The translations under genes and the position numbers were made by a program. A DNA stretch of 63,900 bases, counting the filler, from Octopus bimaculoides (lineage: Eukaryota): the NCBI RefSeq assembly GCF_001194135.2. It is 6 parts of 5 records of this genome, joined end to end, with 100 filler letters (N's around TTAATTAATTAA, not from the genome) between each part and the next. Parts side by side here need not be neighbours in the genome. Positions count along the whole stretch, not along the records: positions 27,175 to 48,934 come from NC_068996.1; positions 49,035 to 59,357 come from NC_068985.1; 4 more parts are not named here. One strand, given 5' to 3'. Below are positions 37,275 through 49,299 of this stretch, piece after piece; the first letter of the stretch is position 1; each line of letters begins with the position of its first letter. Under the pieces are notes generated by a model. That model was not told the origin of the DNA. It was given only the letters and a program-made list of their open reading frames with translations, and ran no database searches.

Positions 37275-37850
37275 CTGTGACAACATACTACTTGAGACGA
37301 TTCTAGAATCTTGCCTAGTCTTATGAAATATTTATTTTATTGGTAAATGATGTACAGTTACAAATACATTAACGATATAATTCATCGAAAAATATTTTCA
37401 AATCTTAACATATTCAAAACGATAAATTTTTGCAAAGTCAAAACTCGAAAATAACACAAACAAAAAAAATTACAGAACGGTTAATTGTTATTTGTTATTT
37501 CTTTTTTATTTTTAAATTTGAAACAGATATAACTTTAAAAATCTAGATAAAAGCTACTTAAAATACAAATAATTCCCCTAAAACAGAGTTTTTGAAATTT
37601 ACATTAACTAAAATACAGATATCACTTCATTATAGCTATTTCACAGGTCTGAGAGTGACTGTCTTAAACTCCGAATGGCATCCTTTCAAAGGCTTAACGA
37701 TGTGTATCAAGAATGTTCTAGAAAGTTCTGGAATTATTTTATCTCTTACTTGTTTCAATCAATCAGTTTATTAGAACATACGCACGCCGGCGACTTATCC
37801 ACACACACACACACCCACACAAATAGAGAGACAGACAGACAAACAGACAG

Positions 37851-37893
<43 letters not shown>

Positions 37894-37929
37894 GAGAGAG
37901 AGGGAGAGAGAGAGACAGACAGACAGACG

Positions 37930-38080
37930 ACTAACTTCTTTCAGTTCCTGTCTATCAATTCCGCTCACAAGACCTTGGTCAATCCGAGATTATAGTAGAA
38001 AGCACTTGTCCTTGGTGCCATGCAGTGGAACTGAACCCAGAACCATGTGGCTGAAAAGGAAACTTGTTACCATACAGGAT
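37930..38080 (-). mobile_element. SINE family B, degenerate 5' part
   Basis: ...tagtagaaagcacttgtccttggtgccatgcagtggaactgaacccagaaccatgtgg.... Confidence 0.75.
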
Positions 38081-38104
38081 ATGGCTTCACCTTTTACACA
38101 GAGA

Positions 38105-38137
<33 letters not shown>

Positions 38138-38859
38138 TGAGAGAGAGAGAGAGAAAGAGAGACTGTCTGTTTGAAATGCTAAAATATTGGTCAAAGTTGA
38201 ACGTTAATTGCGTGAATATATTTATGTTCAGATGTTGACGAGTATTATTGGTTATACGTAGACGAGTATAACTTGTCTTCAGTCATCAAACTAGTTCCAC
38301 CAAGAGGCTTATTTGATAAGGAAGCTTGGTAGAAACCCAGAAGGAAAAAATCAATAACTGTCAAAAATAAAATTTGAACCTAATACAAAGTCAGCAACTA
38401 TCTAACTGTAAAGCGAGGAACTTGGAAATTCTTGGTTAGTGTCTGGCAGGTTGTAAGACGACTGGGATTGAAGCTCTCCTAGCTTTTATTAAAGAGTAAA
38501 TTACTGCTGTGTTCGCAGCTATATATGTGGTATACCTAGGAGGACTGCCTGGGTTCTGCAGTCTTGGAAGCCAACCATACTAGAAGGGCAACATTGACCA
38601 TAAACCCTCATTGTCTGTGAGCGTCTGTAAAGAGACGAAGATTTAGTTAGTCAACTCCAACCGTAGTTTGGGTAAAAAAAAGAATTGAGGAATCATCGAA
38701 CTAATTTATCGCGAAGAGAGCATGAAGACACAATGAATGGAATGTGTCGAAGCGTACCTTTTCCTCGTTCGATCCTCAGCTATGAGAATGGGAAGGTTAT
38801 TTACATTATAAGAATATTAACCGAAGACAATTTTTATATTCAGGTTATCATGTAAGATT

Positions 38860-39019
38860 CATTATTTACATTATTTACATTTGACGGATATTTGTCCTCA
38901 TCTTGTTTGTTGTTAACACAACGTTTCAGCTCATATACCCTCCAGCCTTCATCAGGTGTCTTGTGGGGAATTCGAACCTGGGTTCTCATTCCTAAGCTAT
39001 ATTTCGACGTTGTTGTTAC

Positions 39020-39070
<51 letters not shown>

Positions 39071-39072
39071 GA

Positions 39073-39142
<70 letters not shown>

Positions 39143-39476
39143 CATCATTATTATTCAGGTCACTGCCTGGATATGGCGTAGTGGTTAAGAGCGCGAGCTA
39201 CTAACCACAAGATTCCGAGTTCGATTCCAGGCAGTGACCTGAATAATAATAATAATAATAATAACACAACAACAACAACAACAGCAACAACAACATCGAA
39301 AAATACCTTAGGAATGAGAACCCAGGTTCGAAATTTCCCCAAGACACCTGATGAAAGCTGGAGGGTATATCAGCCGAAATGTTGTATTAACAACAAACAA
39401 GATGTGGACAAATGCGTGTCAAATGTAAATAATGTAAATAATGTACAAAATTCCTCATCTCTTAAATATAGAACTG
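38860..39476 (+). mobile_element. Family H SINE insertion: inverted 3'-part duplicate plus near full-length copy, 14-bp TSD
   Basis: TSD tatcatgtaagatt at 38846-38859 and 39477-39490. tRNA-like head at 39172-39240. Hammerhead-like motifs at 38915-38960 (-) and 39343-39388 (+). Confidence 0.85.
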
Positions 39477-40240
39477 TATCATGTAAGATTTTCGTTAACG
39501 CAATTAACAAAATATTGTACTAGAAATCAGTAATTTTTTTCTAGATCCTGTGGGCCGAGTGAATACCTTAATTTTCTTTGAGGAATGCAGACCGGATAAT
39601 TCTGGTTTGCAAGAAGGACCCAGTACGAGGCCGTTAGCTACCGATCACTGACTCACAACTCGCTGCCTAGTTGGTGTTGGGGGTGGGCGATGATCGTGGT
39701 CACTTCATTTTCCGCCTTCAATCTCTTCTTCTCATTGGCTGCTAACACGACCTCCATCAAATGCTTGCTTATGCCAACAAATTCTTTATGGCAACCATGT
39801 ATTAGCCTCGTTTTTTTTTTCTTACTTTGCTTTTGTTAGTTTTCTTAATTTTTTAACTTTTTTTTTTGCTCTTTGCTTTACAAGAATTTTTCAACAATTT
39901 TTCTTTTGTTTTTTTTTTGTTTTGTTTTTTTTTCATAAAATCTTAGCAAATATTTTACCAAAGAATTATAAATCATTTTCAACCCTCTAAAGGACGTAAA
40001 CAAAATACCTGACTCTTTACACGTTACTCCTGGCCAGTTTGGCAAGGAGACAATTTATAACAATGAATAAACAAAAACTTCAATCAGACCAAAATCAAAA
40101 ACAAATGCAAACAAACTTGCCGAGTGATGATGTAAAACGTGATTCCCAGAGCAGGAGAGATGACGAGATAAATAAGGAAATTCTATTCGGTGTTCTGTTG
40201 ATTGGGTACAAAGAACAAAGAGTTTCCAAACAAAGAGAAT

Positions 40241-40333
40241 TCAAACAATTCTTGTTGTAATTAGACGATTCTTATAATTGTATTCTTTCTCAGGGAGCTT
40301 CAGGTTTCCTCGGAGAGTTTTTGCTTTTTCAAT
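40241..40333 (-). CDS. Candidate terminal coding exon, unidentified
   Basis: Strong acceptor ttttttagaattttattgtttcag; phase-0 frame IEKAKTLRGNLKLPEKEYNYKNRLITTRIV*, followed by ~700 bp of unique UTR-like sequence. Confidence 0.38.
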   Translation of the reverse strand: MEKAKTLRGNLKLPEKEYNYKNRLITTRIV

Positions 40334-40399
40334 CTGAAACAATAAAATTCTAAAAAATCACAAGCAAATTCCAATTATCGCAGAGACATTAAAATCATT

Positions 40400-40443
40400 G
40401 CTGTCATGGTTGCTGCTGCTGTTGCTGTTGTTGCTGCTGTTGC

Positions 40444-40477
<34 letters not shown>

Positions 40478-40652
40478 GCTGTTGCTGTTTCAGAACTTGC
40501 TGCCATAGTTTTCATTATCAACATCTTCTTCCCCACATCTATCATCATCATCGTCGTCATCGTCGTCGTCGTCGACGTCACCGTCATCATCTTTGTTGTT
40601 GTTGCTGTTTCAGAATTTGCTACCGTCGTTATCGTCGTCATCGTTCATCATC

Positions 40653-40684
<32 letters not shown>

Positions 40685-41060
40685 CATCATCATCGTCGTC
40701 AANNNNNNNNNNNNNNNNNNNNNNNNNNNNNNNNNNNNNNNNNNNNNNNNNNNNNNNNNNNNNNNNNNNNNNNNNNNNNNNNNNNNNNNNNNNNNNNNNN
40801 NNNNNNNNNNNNNNNNNNNNNNNNNNNNNNNNNNNNNNNNNNNNNNNNNNNNNNNNNNNNNNNNNNNNNNNNNNNNNNNNNNNNNNNNNNNNNNNNNNNN
40901 NNNNNNNNNNNNNNNNNNNNNNNNNNNNNNNNNNNNNNNNNNNNNNNNNNNNNNNNNNNNNNNNNNNNNNNNNNNNNNNNNNNNNNNNNNNNNNNNNNCT
41001 TTGTTGTTGTTGCTGTTTCAGAATTTGCTACCGTCGTTATCGTCGTCATCGTTCATCATC

Positions 41061-41092
<32 letters not shown>

Positions 41093-41170
41093 CATCATCA
41101 TCGTCGTCAACAACAACGCCAGCGATGTCATCGTCATCATCATCATCATCACCATCATCATCACCATCAC

Positions 41171-41210
<40 letters not shown>

Positions 41211-41319
41211 GTCAACAAAAACGCCAGCGATGTCATCGTCATCATCATCATCATCACCATCATCATCACCATCACCATCATCATCATCATCANNNNNNNN
41301 NNATCATCATCACCATCAC

Positions 41320-41368
<49 letters not shown>

Positions 41369-41415
41369 GTCAACAACAACGCCAGCGATGTCATCGTCAT
41401 CATCATCACCATCAC

Positions 41416-41446
<31 letters not shown>

Positions 41447-41520
41447 GTCATCGTCGTCGTCGTCGTCGTCGTCATCGTCAACAACAACAACAACACCGTC
41501 ATCGTCTTTGCTATTATTGT
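40400..41520. repeat. Compound (GTT/CAT/GTC)n array
   Basis: Directly visible; 40592-40702 is repeated at 41000-41110 across a gap. Confidence 0.95.
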
Positions 41521-42316
41521 TGATTAGTCGTAGATCAGCTCTGGTTGAAGATGCCTATGATCGAAGACTTTCTACACATGACCAATCCGTCAGTTTTATA
41601 TAAATCTACATTTTCCAGTGCATCCATTGTTTCAGGACGTTTTTGCTCGTTTGTTTGTTTTTTTGTTTTGTTAAGGTGCTTTCTTTTTCTTTTTTTTCTT
41701 TTTTTTTTTTGTAATAAGGTATACTTTGTGCGAATTAGCTGCTATTTCTGACAGGTCGAATGACCGTATAGGAGGCTACTTTCTTGGCCCGTCCAGGTTC
41801 CCTCAACCAAGCCGAAAACCAAATTATCATTGTTGTTGTTGTTTTTGTCGCGTCTGCTACTGTTGTTGTTTTTTATAGTTGTTTTTGTTGTCATTGACAT
41901 TTTTGTTGGTGATATTGTTTTATTCTTTATTCTTTTACTTGTTTCAGTTAGCAGACTGCGGCCATACTGGGGCACTGCCTTCATGATTTTTTTCAGTCGA
42001 ATGAATCGACANNNNNNNNNNNNNNNNNNNNNNNNNNNNNNNNNNNNNNNNNNNNNNNNNNNNNNNNNNNNNNNNNNNNNNNNNNNNNNNNNNNNNNNNN
42101 NNNNNNNNNNNNNNNNNNNNNNNNNNNNNNNNNNNNNNNNNNNNNNNNNNNNNNNNNNNNNNNNNNNNNNNNNNNNNNNNNNNNNNNNNNNNNNNNNNNN
42201 NNNNNNNNNNNNNNNNNNNNNNNNNNNNNNNNNNNNNNNNNNNNNNNNNNNNNNNNNNNNNNNNNNNNNNNNGAGCTGTGGCCATGCTGGGGCACCGCCA
42301 TTTGGTGTTGCTACAC

Positions 42317-42700
42317 AATTTTACTTCACGAATTTTACTTCACGAATTTTACTTCAGGAATTGACATTTGGTGCATGAGAGAGTTTGATGCAGCTGCCCT
42401 CATCTGCTCCTCCAGCCGTGAAGTTAGTTCATCTGGGACACCTGACAGGAAGAGGTCCAGCTTCATCTTGAAGACACCTACATCCACCGCATGCAGGTCT
42501 CTCAGGTCCTTCGGGAGGATATTGAAGAGCTGTGGACCTTTGAAGCGCAGGCTATTGCAGTATCTTGTCCTACATCTTGATNNNNNNNNNNTTGAAGAGC
42601 TGTGGACCTTTGAAGCGCAGGCTATTGCAGTATCTTGTCCTACATCTTGATGGCAAATTTGGAGTCCTTGGCACTATGCAATGGCGTCCAGTTCTTTTAT
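42317..42700 (-). mobile_element. CR1/L2-type LINE 3' end with 14-bp tandem tail
   Basis: Minus strand reads RCRTRYCNSLRFKGPQLFNILPKDLRDLHAVDVGVFKMKLDLFLSGVPDE...RAAASNSLMHQ. The tail (aattttacttcacg) occurs ~2.9 times at 42317-42356. Confidence 0.8.
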
Positions 42701-43379
42701 TTGTGTAACTTTCGATGCCAAAGTTTGGGACAATTCCTTCGAGGAATATATTACATACTTATCAAGGAGTTGGGTGTTGGTATAGTTTCGATTCTTTACG
42801 TTCTGTGTTCAAATCCCACCGCGGTCAACTTTATTACCCCTTTCTTCCTTTCGGAATCGATGAATAAAACACCAGTCGAGTTCTGGGTGCCGGTTGGGTG
42901 GGGAAGGTCTTTATAATCAGCCAACATCTTCTCTATTCTCTACCAAATGTCTGGCCATTTACCATCATTAGAAATTTTCGTTACAGCTATTTAATGGACG
43001 CTTAATTAGAGACGTTGTTGTTGTTTTGTTGTTGCTGTTGCAGCTGCTGTTGTAGTTGTTGTTGTTGTTGTTGTTATTGCTGCTGCTGCTGCTGCTGCTG
43101 CTGTTGTTGTTGTTAGGATTTTGCAACGCAGTAATTTTCTATAGAAATATATTCTTCTTTGAACTTTGTTTACTTTTTATAATTCTTTCTTCTTTTTTTT
43201 TCTTTCTGCGCCTCCCCCCCCCACCTCACCACCACCACCACCACCTCACTTTAATTCTTTAACATCAGATATTTCTCGTTAATTTCAGCAATAATATTCC
43301 TTCATTTTTCTCATCTTCACTTTTTTTTCTTTCTTTTCTTTTACTTATTTCTCCATTTTATCGAGTAGCGTCGCTTAAT

Positions 43380-44305
43380 TCTTACTGTTGCTGCTGCCGC
43401 CGCCGCCGCCGCCGCTGCTGCTGCTGCTGATGATGATGGTGATGATGATGACGACGACGACGACGACGACGACGACGATGACAACGATGACGATGATGAT
43501 GATGATGATGATGATGATGATAGTNNNNNNNNNNNNNNNNNNNNNNNNNNNNNNNNNNNNNNNNNNNNNNNNNNNNNNNNNNNNNNNNNNNNNNNNNNNN
43601 NNNNNNNNNNNNNNNNNNNNNNNNNNNNNNNNNNNNNNNNNNNNNNNNNNNNNNNNNNNNNNNNNNNNNNNNNNNNNNNNNNNNNNNNNNNNNNNNNNNN
43701 NNNNNNNNNNNNNNNNNNNNNNNNNNNNNNNNNNNNNNNNNNNNNNNNNNNNNNNNNNNNNNNNNNNNNNNNNNNNNNNNNNNNNNNNNNNNNNNNNNNN
43801 NNNNNNNNNNNNNNNNNNNNNNNNNNNNNNNNNNNNNNNNNNNNNNNNNNNNNNNNNNNNNNNNNNNNNNNNNNNNNNNNNNNNNNNNNNNNNNNNNNNN
43901 NNNNNNNNNNNNNNNNNNNNNNNNNNNNNNNNNNNNNNNNNNNNNNNNNNNNNNNNNNNNNNNNNNNNNNNNNNNNNNNNNNNNNNNNNNNNNNNNNNNN
44001 NNNNNNNNNNNNNNNNNNNNNNNNNNNNNNNNNNNNNNNNNNNNNNNNNNNNNNNNNNNNNNNNNNNNNNNNNNNNNNNNNNGGTGGTGGTGGTGGTGGT
44101 GGTGGTTGTGATGATGATTATAGTGGTGATGATGATGATGATGGTTATGATGGTAGAAGGGGTGGCGGTGGTGGTAATAATAATAATGATTATCATCATC
44201 ATCATAATCACGACGGCCGCAACGATAAAAATGAAGATACAATTGTTTAACTCCAAGTCCAGCTTGATGAGATATTTTTATTATTATTATTATTATTATT
44301 ATTTT
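43380..44305. repeat. Compound trinucleotide array spanning a gap
   Basis: (GCC/GCT/GAT/GAC)n ... (GGT/GAT/TTA)n. Confidence 0.95.
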
Positions 44306-44749
44306 AAGTGAGAAAGAGAACAATTGTTGTCCCTGTTATCGTGTTTACACCACTGGACCACGATGTTAGCTAAATCCAAAAACGAGACGACAGTGACTGA
44401 GGAGAAAGGTCAAAGCAAAGGAAAATCAAGAGACACATGATACAAGAGACAACGAATGTTATGGCACAGAGAGCTAACAGTTGTTCAGCTCACACCAGAC
44501 GTTGACCGCTTTCATTAATACACTGGGTTGTAGCTCTTTATCTCTTTTATTATTATTCTTTTTTTTTTTTTTGTATACTTGAACCTTAAAACTCAAAACT
44601 CAGTTATAGGGTTTCATGGTATATAAGAGACCAAGTTTAAAACATCTCCTTAAACGGGATACCAACCCGTTGTTGGATTCAGAACCAAAAATTTTGAGTG
44701 TGACGGCCGGGGGACAGGACGGTTACACCGACTCAGTACTTGACCAGTA

Positions 44750-44924
44750 TCGTATTTTGACGTGTATAAGGAACCCTCGTGTGTAAGGAACCCCCTAATT
44801 TTCGGGGCTTAAAATTTGGAAAATGGTTTTGTAAGGGATTATAATACTATCCATGTATAAGAAACTCCCATTTTTTAATCTAATTTTTGACAAAAAAGGG
44901 CTTCTTATACACGTTAAAATACGG
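44750..44924. mobile_element. pogo/Tc1-like MITE (175 bp)
   Basis: TIRs (t/c)cgtatttt(g/a)acgtgtataag with TA on both flanks. Confidence 0.75.
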
Positions 44925-46049
44925 TAATTCATTTATAATTTATGAAGCAAACGGAGCTGACGAAGTCAAGGGAATGCGACGAATTTTGATGGAAATATGG
45001 TGAAGCATTAGAGCTGCTTGCAGGAATCGAAGTGGTTCAAATTATATAGAGGTACCTATTTGCAAAAAATGCCAGTTGTGTTACACAATTCGGTGCCGGG
45101 CGTCCAATTAGACTCGTTTCAGCTACAGATCGTCAAACAATCATTAGTGCGAGGCTCAAAGTCTCTGTTAAAGACAAAGGTTAGCAGCTTGATCAAAGGA
45201 ATATATTGTTCAACGTCCACTAGAGTCAGGATGCGAATGAGAAGTATGAAACTGAAACCAATACCCATGATTGAGCACTCGGCATCACGGAAATAGTGAC
45301 CATGGAATGTATGAGAGTGGTGAGTATGACAGTAGCGGGATCAATGAGTTTTAAGGAACTTGCGGCTTCGGTATGAAAGAGAAAGTCGTTGAGTTGGCTG
45401 ATCATATAATGACTGCAGAACTCAGATCTTTACTAGTTTTCTCTGAATACAAATTTTTAAAATTATATTCACTCGACAAATGCATACATATACATACTCA
45501 TATGCATATAAACACTTGTATATACAAACACACAGAAAGTGAGAGGGAGAAGAAAAAGAGAGAGAAAGAGAGATTCGCTAATGACCAAAACCCTTTTTCA
45601 TTGATATTACAGAAATTAATCCGTTTTAATTATCAAATTACGTGAACCGAATTGATTAGTTTTCTCTTCTAAACCTTAAACATCGTATATATAAATCCTT
45701 TTTTCTGTTTTTTTCACGTATATGCGTTCTCTATTCAAAAGGGTTTATTTGCTTCATGAATCGGTTAATCGATTTCTCGATATTGACAATATTCATGCTT
45801 TTGTAAGTCACATTAGTTGTTGTAGTCGATGTTTAATCATAGGGTTAATACCGATCATGCAGACTTATGACTAAAAGTATTCCATCCAGTTTTCTTAGAT
45901 GTAATTGTCTAAGATTACGTCATACAATAAGTTCTTCCATCTTTTTTTTAAGGATTTTAGGAAGTGATTTGAAGGATATTTGACTGCTATTTTTATTTTT
46001 ACACGTGAAACAATTGTATACAATTCCTCATTGGCTCCCATGTTTTTGC

Positions 46050-46070
46050 ATGCGCAACAGCAGCAGCAAC

Positions 46071-46122
<52 letters not shown>

Positions 46123-46145
46123 TCAGCAGCAGCAGCAGCAGCAGT

Positions 46146-46176
<31 letters not shown>

Positions 46177-46262
46177 ATAGTAGTAGTAGTAGTAGTAGTA
46201 GTAGTAATAGTAGTAGTAGTAGTAGTAGGGGTGGTAGTAGTAGTAGTAGCAGCAGCGGTAGC

Positions 46263-46297
<35 letters not shown>
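46050..46297. repeat. (AGT/AGC)n microsatellite
   Basis: Directly visible. Confidence 0.95.
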
Positions 46298-46299
<2 letters not shown>

Positions 46300-46512
46300 A
46301 GGTGGCGTGCTGGCAAAATAGCTAGCACACCTGACAAATTCTGTCTGTCTTCATGTTCTGAGTTCAAATTCCGCCAAGGTCGACTTTGCCTTTCATCCCT
46401 TCGGGGTCTATAAACTGAATACTTAAGCGCCAACTGAACACAGGGGCGTCGATGTGATCGACTGACCCCACTTCCCCTCAAATTACAGCTTGGTGCCTAT
46501 TGTAGAAAGGAT
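46298..46512 (+). mobile_element. SINE family A copy
   Basis: taaggtggcgtgctggcaaaatagctagcac...gagttcaaattccgccaaggtcgactttgcc...gtagaaaggat. Confidence 0.85.
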
Positions 46513-46544
46513 TATTTTTATTGTTGTTATTGTTATTCTTCCTT

Positions 46545-47830
46545 TCCCTGGGTTATTCAATGTCACGTTTCAGCTCTTTGTCGTAATCCAGAAGAGAAAC
46601 CATTTTCCTCAACACATGTGCAGTTCTGAGTGCTGTTACCAACTGTGCACTTCCCATTAAGTTCGATATTTCCCACTTTTCAAACCAGAATATTGCTTTC
46701 TTAAGGCGGCGAGCTGGCAGAATCGTTAGCAAACCGGGCGAAATGCTTAGCGGCATTTCATCCGTCTTTACGTTCTGAGTTCAAATTCTGCTGAAGTCGA
46801 CTTTGCCATTCATCCTTTCGGGGTCGATAAATTAAGTAGCAGTTACGCACTGTGTTCGAGGTAATTGACTTAAACCTCATTGTCTGTCCTTGTTTGTCCC
46901 CTCTATGTTTAGCCCCTTGTGGGCAGTAAAGAAATAAGAAACATTAGCACGCCGGGCGAAATGCTTAGAGGTATTTCGTCCGTCTTTACGTTCTGAGTTC
47001 AAATTCCGTCGAGGTCGACTTTGCCTTTCATCCTTTCGGGGTCGATAAATTAAGTACCAGTTGTGTACTGGGGTCAATTTAATCGACTGGTCACCCCCCC
47101 CATTCAAAACTTTCGGGCCTTGTGCCTAGAGTAGAAAGGAATATTGCTTTCTTTGAGACGGTTCCAAGTGCACCGATCACGATAGAAATCACATTCACTT
47201 TTTCGGGCTCTTTAGATGCATTTAATTTCCAGTTCTAAATCCTCGTACTTCCCGTCTTTCCCGTTCTCCATATTCACAATACGTTGGCATGCAGGTAGGC
47301 CTAGGTTGATGAAGGTTCATTCTTTGGACTCCTTACGTAGAAGAGTGACATCTGGTCGGTTATATTGCAACTTCTCTGTGTAGATTGGCATATCTCATAT
47401 GAGCTTCATCTCACCACTCTCTACAACTGGCAATGATTGATGTTATTGGAACATTCTAGTCCATACTTCCTCTACAACTCACTATGTATTTGCACTGCCA
47501 CTTTGTCATGACATTTTCTGTACTCCTTTTCAACCAATACTCTCCACCTTCCTACGTTATTTCTAGTATAAAGGCACCAAAGAATGACCATTATCTTCCA
47601 AATTTTTCTCTCCATGCAGACCAGTTCTTTCTTTCTCCATTCACCATTTTCCGCATAGTAGCGTGTCGCTCTTACAGCCTACGCGTCGATGCTTTTTGTT
47701 CGGGTTTACTCCATTCAGCTTGGATTCTTCATATCTTTTTCACTCTTCTCGTATATTCAGAAGAAATCTATCTGAAGACAAAACATAGAAGAAACTGAAT
47801 ACTGTTGGGTATCAGACATTCAGTCTTCTG
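46545..47830 (-). mobile_element. R4/Dong-clade LINE 3' region (zinc-knuckle-adjacent region plus RLE), interrupted by a SINE
   Basis: CHDKVAVQIHSEL*RKYG, QYNRPDVTLL, VISIVIGALGTVSKKAIF|WFEKWEI...TALRTAHVLRKMV. Confidence 0.8.
46703..47139 (+). mobile_element. SINE family A dimer with 14-bp TSD
   Basis: TSD aatattgctttctt at 46689-46702 and 47140-47153; two units inside. Confidence 0.92.
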
Positions 47831-47948
47831 TTTCTTCCTTTTACAATTTCATCTATGCAGATATTTTATTCTATCGACAGGCAAAGAGCTTCCCTGCTCT
47901 TCAATTCAAAGAATATACGCAGGAAAGAATAAGCTAGTGTGAAAGAAT

Positions 47949-47992
<44 letters not shown>

Positions 47993-48669
47993 NNNNNNNN
48001 NNTGTGTGTGTGTGTGCGCGTGCGTGCGTGTGTGTGTGTGTGTGTGCGTGTGTGTGTGTGTGTAGCTGGCTGCTTGTCTTCCAGTGTGGATGCGAGCGTG
48101 TCTGTGTGTACCTTATAGGCGAATAGGTGAAGTTTGCGTGAAAATACGTATACGTGTGAAATTGCCACATAAATTTCGAAAACTTTGAAGAATTACATTC
48201 GGAAAACAAAAAGAAACTCCGATCTTTTTTGTGTGTGGGTGTGTGTGTGTGATTTTATTCTTCACTTTATTTTAAAATCATCTACTTTTGTAATATCTTC
48301 GCGATATCTAGAATTTTTTTTTGTATTGATACTCTATCATTTTCAGTGGAAACGGAGAATATTATTCTATCTTCAATCAATTCCGCTATTACTCTGTAAC
48401 AGGATACAAAATCTTGTAAAGATTCGACTTCAAAATACAAAGAACGTTATTTCTTTTGAAATCGCTGTGAATACTTTGGTTGCTAGGTACAAAATAGCTA
48501 TGACGAGGAGGATGAAGTGGGGGCGGTGAGGATAAGTGGTGGTAGTGGTGTGTGGGGTGAGTTCGGTTCGGGGTACCGTTCCTCTGTAATAACAGAAATA
48601 GTGGTATCTTTTCGTAGAACTGCTCATTCTACGAATTCTTGTTAATAAACTTCCTGTCTTTGATATTGA

Positions 48670-48934
48670 TTCCATATTTTAGCACAAAGTCAGCAATTTC
48701 AGGGCAGGAGGTAAATCGATTACATCGATCCTCTAGTATTTGATTGGTACTTAATTTATCGACCCCGAAAAGATGAAAGGCAAAGTAGATCTCGGCAGAA
48801 TTTGAATTCAGAACGTAACACCAGACGAAATTTCGCTGAGCATTTTGTTTTCCTACTCTAGGCGCGAGGCCCGAAATTTTGGGGGAAGAGATCAGTCGAT
48901 TAGATCGACCCCAGTACGCAACTGGTACTTAATT
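48670..48934 (-). mobile_element. Two adjacent SINE family A fragments
   Basis: ttatcgaccccgaaaagatgaaaggcaaagtagatctcggcagaatttgaattcagaac, and a second tail at 48855-48934. Confidence 0.8.
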
Positions 48935-49034
48935 NNNNNNNNNNNNNNNNNNNNNNNNNNNNNNNNNNNNNNNNNNNNTTAATTAATTAANNNNNNNNNN
49001 NNNNNNNNNNNNNNNNNNNNNNNNNNNNNNNNNN

Positions 49035-49188
49035 ATCTAGTGTTATATTGCTACTTTTAACTAATTTTCCTCTTTTCAGGGTTGCTTTTGCACATTTTTC
49101 TAATCCGAATTTCATTTCTATTTCCTTGGTAAAGCCGTGTACTGTCTGTAGTAGTGTTTCTAGCTCTTTGTCGTTTTTTTGCATATAA

Positions 49189-49190
<2 letters not shown>
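49035..49190 (-). mobile_element. R4/Dong-clade LINE reverse transcriptase fragment
   Basis: KNDKELETLLQTVHGFTKEIEMKFGLEKCAKATLKRGKL matches the post-YMDD segment of R4/Dong RTs (GM.FGL.KCA....RGK). Confidence 0.8.
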
Positions 49191-49242
<52 letters not shown>

Positions 49243-49299
49243 GTATATAAATATATGTTTGAAAGAAGTTGAAATGCACTTGGGGTGCCTTTATGGTTT

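Noticed and set aside
39168-39240. Possible tRNA gene (also 34530-34605)
   Set aside because: A and B boxes are present, but the acceptor and T stems do not pair, and the sequence continues into a repeated SINE body.
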